Below, one piece after another: positions 25,579 to 32,000 of a DNA stretch of 32,000 bases. The notes below the pieces were generated by a model. That model was given only the letters and a program-made list of their open reading frames with translations, was not told the origin of the DNA and made no database searches. Each line of letters opens with the position of its first letter. The stretch's first letter is position 1. The position numbers and the translations under genes were made by a program. The stretch lies in assembly GCA_964577555.1 (NCBI GenBank), contig CAZNZM010000001.1:125842-157841 (forward strand), given 5' to 3'. Source of the DNA: an uncultured archaeon (GTDB lineage Archaea > Iainarchaeota > Iainarchaeia > Iainarchaeales > Iainarchaeaceae).

Positions 25579-25775
25579 GTTTTAAAATTTATTGCTCCAA
25601 AACGTTTATTAAAACTCTTTTTTTTGTTATCCAGTTCAATTTTAATTTATTTTTTCAAAAAAACCTTTTTTCATGCTTTTTAAATCATAAATAATCTTAT
25701 TGATGTTTTATTTGGCGGTTTTTTTGTTTTTTTCTTGGTTGTTATTTTGTTATTTAATTTGTCCAAGAATTTGTG

Positions 25776-26318
25776 TTATTTTAATAGTTCTTTTATTGCT
25801 TCTACCTCCTTTTTTAAGTTTTCCATTTTTTTTTCAAGCTCTTTGATTCTTTTTTTGTTGTCTATTGCTTCTAGTGGTTTTCCAGTTTCTGGGCATTTGA
25901 AATCATATTCTGCCGCGATTTCAAATGGGTATTCTGCCATTCCTTTTCCCGCGCTGAAGAATACGTGTCCGCCTTGAAATTCTATGTCTTTTTCTAGTTT
26001 TTGCATTTGTTCTGCTTGTTTTTCAAGAATTAGCTCTGAAATTCTATCTGGTTTGATTTCCCAAGTATATGAATACCACCCTGTTTTGTTGTTTCTTGTT
26101 TTTTGGTAACATGCTACTCCTCTATAATGTAGTCTGTTCAAAATTGCTCTTATTTCTGTTATTTTTAGGGGAAGTTTTTTGCCAATTTCTTCATCAGTAA
26201 TTGGTTTTTTCTTGTTTATGCAGATTTTTACAAGTTCGATAGCAAATTCTCCGCCTATATCTTTAAGGAAATCTTTTACTATTTGGAATTCGTATATTTT
26301 TTTTTGGCGTTTTTGCAT
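25776..26318 (-). CDS. tfe: Transcription factor E (TFE alpha)
   Basis: N-terminal extended winged helix (TDEEIGKKLPLKITEIRAILNRLHYRGVACYQKTRNNKTGWYSYTWEI). The central region has only one Cys (FKCPETG), so the zinc ribbon appears degenerate. Confidence 0.75.
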   Translation of the reverse strand: MQKRQKKIYEFQIVKDFLKDIGGEFAIELVKICINKKKPITDEEIGKKLPLKITEIRAILNRLHYRGVACYQKTRNNKTGWYSYTWEIKPDRISELILEKQAEQMQKLEKDIEFQGGHVFFSAGKGMAEYPFEIAAEYDFKCPETGKPLEAIDNKKRIKELEKKMENLKKEVEAIKELLK

Positions 26319-26374
26319 AGGATATTTTTTCCATAGTTGATTTTTTAAATTGATTATTGGGAGAGCTGTTAAGT

Positions 26375-26592
26375 AAACGTCACCTATAACATATGCGATT
26401 TAACGATGTTTTTCGGGCTACCTTTAAAATTATAAATTTCCGAAAAATATGGGTCGAGAGGGTGCAACCCTCGAGCCGTTAAATCGCTGTTCATTTCCCC
26501 TGAATACTTGGAAGGGTTGAGTTTTAGTGCAACGGTCGGCGTAGCAGAAAAACTCAAAGTCGCGAGGGCGCCGAAATTTTTTGCCACCGTAG
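26375..26592. ncRNA. Structured RNA candidate, about 215 nt, unclassified, strand unresolved
   Basis: GC-enriched island in a 425-bp spacer. An 11-bp long-range helix, GCGATTTAACG (26395-26405) with CGTTAAATCGC (26477-26487), encloses two hairpins: TTTTTCGG/CCGAAAAA at 26409-26447 and TCGAG-GGG/CCC-CTCGA at 26454-26474. A 9-bp helix pairs TTGAGTTTT (26517-26525) with AAAACTCAA (26549-26557). Its loop, ACGGTCGGC (26532-26540), is complementary to GCCACCGT (26583-26590). The 67-aa track ORF here is probably spurious. Confidence 0.4.
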
Positions 26593-26742
26593 TTTTTTCT
26601 TAATTTTTATTGTTTTTTTGTTGTTTGTTTTTGTGAGCCAATTTTTATTTTTTTTCAATTTTTTTTGCAGGTCGTTTTTTTTATTGTTTTTTTAATTGAA
26701 ATTTTTTGTTGTGCCACAAATTGTTTTTTTTTTGCATTTTTT
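26593..26742. repeat. T-rich spacer, member of the dispersed family
   Basis: GTTTGTTTTTGTGAGCCAATTTTT (about 26624-26648) is identical to the core of the 67-nt units at 31.7-32.0 kb. Confidence 0.55.
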
Positions 26743-27291
26743 TTATAATTGGTTTTTTGTTTGTGTTTTTTTTATTTTTTTTCCTTTTTCAATTGGTTCT
26801 ATTTCGATTTTTGCTTCTTTGAATTTTTTTTCTAGTTCTTTTCCTTTTTGTAGTCTGTCAAGAAATACTGCTAATGCAGCAATTTCTGAGTGTGGTTGCA
26901 AGGTTATTGATATGTTGTAATCTGCTTGTTTGTATACTTCTGGTTCGACTTTTTGTGAACCTATGATTATTAGTATTTTTTCTTTTTTTGCTATTTCGTT
27001 TTCTATTTTTTGTGTCGGTATTCCATACATTGTGAGGTGTACTATGGTGTATCCTTCTTGTTTGTAGTGTTCCATTCTTTTTTTCCAATTGTCGTGGAAT
27101 TCTATTTTTGTTTCGTTTCCCCATTTTTCGTTTATTTTTTTTAAGGTAGTTTCTATTTTTTTGTCATATTCCCCTATTATTTCTATTTTTTCTGCTCCAA
27201 AAGCTCTTGCGACGAGGCAGCAATGGCTTGTTACTCTGTAATCTCTTACGTGTCTGTGGCCATATCTTAGGACTATGATGCTTTTTGTCAT
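26743..27291 (-). CDS. tRNA (cytidine56-2'-O)-methyltransferase aTrm56 (SPOUT)
   Basis: IIVLRYGHRHVRDYRVTSHCCLVARAFGA, VHLTMYG and ADYNISITLQPHSEIAALAVFLDRL closely parallel Pyrococcus aTrm56. ATG 27291 (MTKSIIVL) is preferred to the track start at 27315. Confidence 0.85.
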   Translation of the reverse strand: MTKSIIVLRYGHRHVRDYRVTSHCCLVARAFGAEKIEIIGEYDKKIETTLKKINEKWGNETKIEFHDNWKKRMEHYKQEGYTIVHLTMYGIPTQKIENEIAKKEKILIIIGSQKVEPEVYKQADYNISITLQPHSEIAALAVFLDRLQKGKELEKKFKEAKIEIEPIEKGKKIKKTQTKNQL

Positions 27292-27345
27292 TATTAGTTT
27301 TGTTTTTGGAAGCATTTTTTATTACTTCTTGGTGTTATTTTATTC

Positions 27346-28644
27346 ATGCTTGATATTAGGTTTGTCAGGGAAAATTCTGGTTTGATAAAGGCTGATCTTG
27401 AAAAGCGTGGGGATTTTGAGAAGCTTAAGTGGCTTTCGGATTTGCTTGATTTGGATAGGAAGTATAGGGGTATTTTGCAGGAGATTGAGTCTTTGCGTGC
27501 TAGCCGTAACAAACTTACTAATGAAATTAATGTTTTGATGAGCCAGAAAAAGGATTTTAAGGATAAGATTGTTGAAGCTAAGAAGCTTCCCGGTAAGATA
27601 AAATCTTTGGAGTCTGCTTTGGTTCCTATTAAGGAAAAGATTGATTGGTATTTGATGAGGCTTCCTAATATTTTGCACGAGTCTGTGCCTGTTGGAAAGG
27701 ATGATTCTGATAATGTTGTTGTCAAGGAGGTTGGTCAGAAGATTTCTAATGTTAATATGCCTCCTCATGGTGATCTTTTGGAGTTGAATGGTTGGGTTGA
27801 GTTTGAGAGGGCTGCAAAAATTTCTGGTTCTGGCTTTTATTTTTTGAAAGGTGATTTTGCTTTGCTTTCTCTTGCGTTGGAGCGTTTTGCAGTTGATAGG
27901 TTGTTGTCTAAGGGTTACACTTTGGTTTTGCCTCCTTTTTTAATGAATAGGGTTTCTTATGAAGGTGTTACTGATTTGGCTGATTTTGAGAGTGTAATGT
28001 ATAAAATTGAGTCTGAGGATTTTTATTTGATTGCTACTTCTGAGCATCCGTTGGCTGGTATGTTTGCTGGTGAGATTTTTCTTGAATCTGAGCTTCCTTT
28101 GAAATTGGTTGGTTTGAGTCCTTGTTTTAGGCGGGAGATTGGCAAGCACGGTGTTGATACTAGGGGGCTTTTTAGGGTTCATCAGTTTAGCAAGGTTGAG
28201 CAGTTTGTTTTTTGTAGGCCTGAAGATTCTTGGGCTTTTCATGAAGAGATTATTTTGAATGCCGAGGAGATTTTTTCAGCTCTTGGGCTTGCTTTTAGGC
28301 GTGTGAATATTTGTACTGGGGATATTGGAACTGTTGCTGCGAAGAAGTATGATTTAGAGGTTTGGATGCCTCGTGAGAGTAGGTATCGGGAGGTTGTTTC
28401 TGCTTCTAATTGTACTTCTTATCAGGCTGTGCGTTCTAATATAAAATATAGGAAGCGGGACGGTTCGAAGGAGTATGTTCATACTTTGAATAGTACTGCT
28501 ATTGCTGTTTCAAGGGCTTTGCGTGCTATTGTTGAAACTTATTGGGATGGTTCTAAGCTTTTGGTTCCTAATGTTTTATTGCCTTATATGGGTGGTGTGA
28601 AAGAGATTTTTCCTGTGAAGAAGATTTCTGGTAAAGGGGTGTGA
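27346..28644 (+). CDS. serS: Seryl-tRNA synthetase
   Basis: N-terminal coiled-coil MLDIRFVRENSGLIKADLEKRG. Class II motifs: FYFLKGDFALL, CFRREIG, RVHQFSKVEQF, GTVAAKKYDLEVWMP, NSTAIAVSRAL. Confidence 0.9.
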   Translation: MLDIRFVRENSGLIKADLEKRGDFEKLKWLSDLLDLDRKYRGILQEIESLRASRNKLTNEINVLMSQKKDFKDKIVEAKKLPGKIKSLESALVPIKEKIDWYLMRLPNILHESVPVGKDDSDNVVVKEVGQKISNVNMPPHGDLLELNGWVEFERAAKISGSGFYFLKGDFALLSLALERFAVDRLLSKGYTLVLPPFLMNRVSYEGVTDLADFESVMYKIESEDFYLIATSEHPLAGMFAGEIFLESELPLKLVGLSPCFRREIGKHGVDTRGLFRVHQFSKVEQFVFCRPEDSWAFHEEIILNAEEIFSALGLAFRRVNICTGDIGTVAAKKYDLEVWMPRESRYREVVSASNCTSYQAVRSNIKYRKRDGSKEYVHTLNSTAIAVSRALRAIVETYWDGSKLLVPNVLLPYMGGVKEIFPVKKISGKGV

Positions 28645-28695
28645 TTTTATAAGTAATGTTAAAAAACTCTCTTAGTTCAAGATTATTGTGTTAAA

Positions 28696-28843
28696 GGGCC
28701 CGTAGCTCAGCCTGGTAGAGCACTTGCCTTTTAGCCCTTTCTTTTTTCATGGGAAAAGCGTTTTTTTGCGTTTTTCTTTTTTTGTTTGGGAAAAGTTTTG
28801 GGAGGCTAGCAAGGTGTCCCGGGTTCAAATCCCGGCGGGCTCG
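28696..28843 (+). tRNA. tRNA-Lys(UUU) with a 74-nt intron at 37/38 (intron 28734-28807)
   Basis: GGGCCCG-TA-GCTC-AGCCTGGTA-GAGC-A-CTTGC-CTTTTA | intron | A-GCAAG-GTGTC-CCGGG-TTCAAAT-CCCGG-CGGGCTC-G. Nt 32-35 (CTTT) can pair with GAGG just before a 3-nt CTA bulge, giving a BHB-like motif. Confidence 0.8.
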
Positions 28844-28870
28844 TAGTTTTTGTTTTGCAGTGGTGTTTTG

Positions 28871-31192
28871 ATGTCTGGTGTTGTTCAGGAAAATGTTGTT
28901 AAGGAGCATTGGCCTGTTCATGTTGCTAAGAAGATAATTGAGTTTAAGGGGGATTTGCCTGTTTATACTATTGCTGCAGGTATTACTCCTAGTGGTGTTG
29001 TTCATATTGGTAATTTTAGGGAGATAATGACTGTTCATTTGGTAGGAGTTGCTTTGCGTAAGCTTGGTAAGAATGTTAGGTTTATTTATTCTTGGGATGA
29101 TTATGATGTTTTTAGGAAGATTCCTAATAATTTTCCAAATAAGGAGTTGCTTGAAAAGTATTTGAGGCAGCCTATTGTTGATGTGCCTGATCCTTTTGGT
29201 TGTCATTCTAATTATGCGGAGCATAATGAAAAGGTTCTTGAGGAGGAACTTCCTTCGATGGGTATTTTTCCTGAGTTTATTTATCAGTCTAAAAAGTATC
29301 GTTCTTGTGTTTATGCTGAAGGCATGAAAAAGGCTCTTCTTAACAAGGATAAGATTAAGGTTATTCTTGATAAGTGGCGTGCTGATGATTTGGAGGAAAA
29401 TTGGAATCCTGTTAGGGTTTTTTGTGAGAGGTGTAATACTGATAGGACTAAGGTTGAGGGTTATGATGGTGCTTATTCTTTGACTTATTCTTGTGAGTGT
29501 GGGTTTAGGGATACTTTTGATTTTAGAAAGAAGGGTATTGCAAAGTTGCAGTGGCGTGTTGATTGGCCTATGCGTTGGGATTTTGAGAAAGTCAAGTTTG
29601 AACCTTCTGGGAAGGAGCATTCTTCTGAGGGGGGTAGTAATACTACTGCTAATGAGATAGTCAGGGAGGTTTATGGTTATGAGCCTCCTTTTCATATTAT
29701 GTATGAGTTTATTTCTATTAAGGGAACTGGCGGTAAGATGTCTAGTTCTAAGGGTAATACTATTGATTTGAAGGAGATGAAGTCTGTTTATGAGCCGTGT
29801 GTGATAAAGTATATTTTTGTTAGGCCTATTCCTTCAAAGTCTTTTGAGGTTTCTTTTGATGGTGATGTTATTGCTATTTATGATTCTTTTGATCGTTTGG
29901 AGCGTGTTTATTTTGGTTTGGAGCCTTCTGATAAGGAGAATACTATTGAGCAGTTGAAATCTATTTATGAATTTAGTGCTGTTGAGATTCCAGCATCCAT
30001 GCCTTTTCAACCTGGTTTTAGGCATATTACTACTATTCTTCAATTGAATTTGTTTGATGAAGCCAAGACTTATGATTATTTTAAGAGTGGTGTGAAAACT
30101 TCTTTTGATGATGTTCGTCTTAAGACTAGGATTTCTTGTGCGAAGCATTGGCTTTTGAATTATGCGCCTGATCAGTTTGTTTTTAGGGTTCAGGACAGGG
30201 CTTCTGATTCTGCTTTGCGGATGCCTGTTTTGCACAAGTCAGCTCTTAGGGAGTTTTCTGATTTGTTGTTTGATGGGATGTCAGAGAATGAGATTGGCGA
30301 GGTGTTCAAAAAGGTTGCAGAGTCGAATAATATTCCTTTTGTTGATTTGTTTAGGTCTTCTTATTTGCTTTTACTGGGCAAGGAGCGCGGTCCTAAACTT
30401 TTTCAATTGATTGAGAATGTTGGTGTTCAAAAGTTTAAGTCTTTGGTTGTTGATCTTCTTTCAAGAAATGTTGAGGAAAAAAAGCGTGTTTTGTTGCCTG
30501 GGCAAAAAGAGCTTTTGTCAAAGGTTGGTTTTTTGGTTGATGTTGAGGTGAAGTCTGTTTTTCCTTCTGCAAGGGTTGGTGTTTTGTTTGTTGAAGGTAT
30601 TGATAATTCGAGGGATATTTCTGGTGTTTTACCTCTTATTAGGGCAGAGGAGCAGTCTTTTAGGGAGAAGTATTTTGGCAAGGATTTGTCTTCTTTGAGG
30701 GGGATTAAGGTTTGGCGTGAGGCTTATTCTTTGTTCGGAGCCAAGCCAAAGGATTATAAGTCTTCTATTGAGGCTCTTTCTAAGAGGGTTTTGAAGGGAG
30801 AGCAATTGCCCAGTATTAATCCTCTTGTTGATATTTACAATTATATTTCTCTTAAGTATGTTTTGCCTGTTGGTGGTGTTGATTTGTCTAAGGTTGTAGG
30901 GGACATTAGGCTTTGTTTTGCTAATGGTAGTGAGAATTTTGTTAAAATGGGTTCTAGCAATGTTGAGCATCCTGAAAAAGGAGAGGTTATTTACAAGGAT
31001 GATAAAGAGGTTATTTGCAGGCGTTGGAATTGGCGGGAATCTGAAAATACTAAGATAACTTCTTCTACTTCAAGGGCTTTGATTTTTGTTGAGAGTCTTG
31101 TTGTTGATGATTTGCTTGAAGATGCTTTGATTGAGCTTGCCGGCCTTGTTGAAAATTATTTGGGTGGCAGTGTTTTGAAGTTTGTTGTTTAA
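28871..31192 (+). CDS. lysS: Lysyl-tRNA synthetase, class I, fused to a C-terminal B3/4 domain
   Basis: Class I motifs: HIGNFRE (HIGH variant) and GGKMSSSKG (KMSKS variant), with an archaeal LysRS-I-like core of about 540 aa. The C-terminal 230 aa or so (about 30490-31189) carry the B3/4 pattern: VWREAYSLFGAKPKDYKSSIEALSKRVLKGEQLPSINPLVDIYNYISLKYVLPVGGVDL...GEVIYKDDKEVICRRWNWRESENTKIT. ATG 28871 is preferred over TTG 28850. Confidence 0.85.
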   Translation: MSGVVQENVVKEHWPVHVAKKIIEFKGDLPVYTIAAGITPSGVVHIGNFREIMTVHLVGVALRKLGKNVRFIYSWDDYDVFRKIPNNFPNKELLEKYLRQPIVDVPDPFGCHSNYAEHNEKVLEEELPSMGIFPEFIYQSKKYRSCVYAEGMKKALLNKDKIKVILDKWRADDLEENWNPVRVFCERCNTDRTKVEGYDGAYSLTYSCECGFRDTFDFRKKGIAKLQWRVDWPMRWDFEKVKFEPSGKEHSSEGGSNTTANEIVREVYGYEPPFHIMYEFISIKGTGGKMSSSKGNTIDLKEMKSVYEPCVIKYIFVRPIPSKSFEVSFDGDVIAIYDSFDRLERVYFGLEPSDKENTIEQLKSIYEFSAVEIPASMPFQPGFRHITTILQLNLFDEAKTYDYFKSGVKTSFDDVRLKTRISCAKHWLLNYAPDQFVFRVQDRASDSALRMPVLHKSALREFSDLLFDGMSENEIGEVFKKVAESNNIPFVDLFRSSYLLLLGKERGPKLFQLIENVGVQKFKSLVVDLLSRNVEEKKRVLLPGQKELLSKVGFLVDVEVKSVFPSARVGVLFVEGIDNSRDISGVLPLIRAEEQSFREKYFGKDLSSLRGIKVWREAYSLFGAKPKDYKSSIEALSKRVLKGEQLPSINPLVDIYNYISLKYVLPVGGVDLSKVVGDIRLCFANGSENFVKMGSSNVEHPEKGEVIYKDDKEVICRRWNWRESENTKITSSTSRALIFVESLVVDDLLEDALIELAGLVENYLGGSVLKFVV

Positions 31193-31251
31193 ATTTTTTT
31201 TTGAATTTTAACGTAAGGTATTTAAAGTTCATTTAAGAGGATTTACTTGCA

Positions 31252-31389
31252 GGGCCCGTAGCTCAGGCTGGTAGAGCACTTGATTCTTTAAAGTTTAATG
31301 CTTTTGGAAGGTGTGGCTCTTATGGTTTTTTACCAGTCTGGTTGGCCGGAATTACCAAGGTGTCGCGGGTTCAAATCCCGCCGGGCTCG
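31252..31389 (+). tRNA. tRNA-Lys(CUU) candidate with a 64-nt intron (about 31290-31353)
   Basis: The body is nearly identical to tRNA-Lys(UUU): GGGCCCG-TA-GCTC-AGGCTGGTA-GAGC-A-CTTGA-TTCTTT | intron | A-CCAAG-GTGTC-GCGGG-TTCAAAT-CCCGC-CGGGCTC-G. TTCT pairs with GGAA before a TTA bulge. Anomalies: A31/C39 mismatch and U at position 37. Confidence 0.6.
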
Positions 31390-31485
31390 TTTATATTTTC
31401 TAATCATTTTTTTTGTGTTTGGTTGTTTTTTTTGTTTTGCAGGTGTTTTTTTTAAATGTTGTTTATATTTTTTTTAGTGTTTTGA

Positions 31486-31646
31486 GAGGAAGTAGCTCAG
31501 CCTGGGAGAGCACTCGTCAGGCACAAGCGGCTTTTTAGTGGCTTGTTTGGCCTGGGTGAAGCTGAAGATGGTACAACGTTGGTTGTTTTATCTTCGTTGC
31601 TCCCTTGGTTACCGGGGTGTCGCGGGTTCAAATCCCGCCTTCCTCA
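31486..31646 (+). tRNA. tRNA-Phe(GAA) candidate with two introns (about 31513-31550 at 26/27 and 31562-31610 at 37/38)
   Basis: Perfect acceptor GAGGAAG/CTTCCTC plus A73. D arm GCTC-AGCCTGGGA-GAGC, T arm GCGGG-TTCAAAT-CCCGC. The only 5-bp partner for the 3' anticodon-stem strand CCGGG (31612-31616) is CCTGG at 31551-31555. That partner is followed by GTGAAG, which with A31611 gives the loop GUGAAGA. Confidence 0.5.
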
Positions 31647-32000
31647 TTTTTTGAATTTTATTTTGTCTAGTTTGTTTTTTTGTTGTATTTTTTTGTTTTT
31701 TTTTAGCCGAGTTTTTTTTGTCAAGTTGTTTGTTTTTGTGAGCCAATTTTTTATCATTTTTCTTTTTTTTTTGAATTCTTTTTTTTGTCAAGTTGTTTGT
31801 TTTTGTGAGCCAATTTTTTGTCATTTTTCTTTTTTTTGAATTCTTTTTTTTTGTCAATTATTTTTTTTAATTGAATTTTGTTTTTTTTTGCAAGCCACTT
31901 TTTTTTAATTTTTTATTGTTTTTTGTTTTTTTTGATTTGTTTATTTTTTTGTGAGCCAATTTTTTATCATTTTTCTTTTTTTTTTGAATTCTTTTTTTTG
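31647..32000. repeat. T-rich (on +) spacer with tandem 67-nt units of the dispersed family, running off the window
   Basis: The unit TTTTGTGAGCCAATTTTTT(A/G)TCATTTTTCTTTTTTTT(TT)GAATTCTTTTTTTTGTCAAGTTGTTTG occurs at about 31733-31799, at about 31800-31858, and again from about 31948 to the window end. A partial copy lies at 31711-31732. TTTTTGCAAGCCAC is at about 31886. Confidence 0.8.

Noticed and set aside
26384-26587. 67-aa ORF (MAKNFGALATLSF...)
   Set aside because: It coincides exactly with the GC-rich region that forms extensive long-range helices. It has no SD, and its composition is atypical for local proteins. It is better explained as a structured RNA, although translation is not formally excluded.
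28691-29695. 334-aa ORF on the minus strand
   Set aside because: It is antisense to the LysRS core and runs through tRNA-Lys(UUU). Its product is Ile/Asn/Leu-rich with no motifs, an artefact of G/T-rich sense codons.
31700-32000. Possible CRISPR array, given the regular 67-nt periodicity
   Set aside because: The whole unit repeats, including what would be the spacer. There are no unique spacers, no palindromic GC-containing repeat of CRISPR type, no cas genes nearby, and the same unit occurs singly at other loci.

Overview
Visibly AT-rich archaeal chromosomal segment. The archaeal call rests on an initiator tRNA with A1:U72, TFE, aTrm56, class I LysRS, isopentenyl phosphate kinase and intron-containing tRNAs. 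Small genes, Shine-Dalgarno-led ORFs and long low-complexity spacers suggest a DPANN-like or similarly reduced lineage, but that is a guess.

Contents, left to right:
- 3'-truncated pyruvate phosphate dikinase.
- NAD kinase.
- A tightly packed 8-gene mevalonate operon: class II HMG-CoA reductase, HMG-CoA synthase, thiolase, DUF35, mevalonate kinase, MVD-family decarboxylase, Nudix, IPK. A convergent IDI1-like gene lies beyond it.
- A block of small winged-helix and unknown genes.
- Dus with tRNA-Gly 4 nt upstream of its start.
- HxlR regulator, ferredoxin, an HPF-like protein, NadE, a HAD hydrolase, XerA recombinase, a PRC-barrel protein, tRNAi-Met, TFE and aTrm56.
- SerRS, then tRNA-Lys(UUU), LysRS, tRNA-Lys(CUU) and tRNA-Phe(GAA).

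Main second-look items:
1. A dispersed family of homopolymer-rich spacers (poly-A or poly-T on the + strand) studded with TTGGCTYRC-type near-palindromic cores. It includes roughly 50-65 nt blocks shared between loci and a 67-nt tandem unit.
2. LysRS-I fused to a C-terminal B3/4 (PheRS-beta editing-like) domain, flanked by both tRNA-Lys isoacceptors.
3. Three consecutive tRNAs with long or multiple introns.
4. A flip of strand-specific codon and third-position composition between about 13.4 and 17.3 kb. The XerA block is oriented against the local bias.
5. Two GC-enriched structured ncRNA candidates that I could not classify.
6. Several unannotated mini-ORFs and operator-like repeat arrays.

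No CRISPR array, rRNA or obvious transposase was seen. All calls are by-eye motif recognition; no searches were run.
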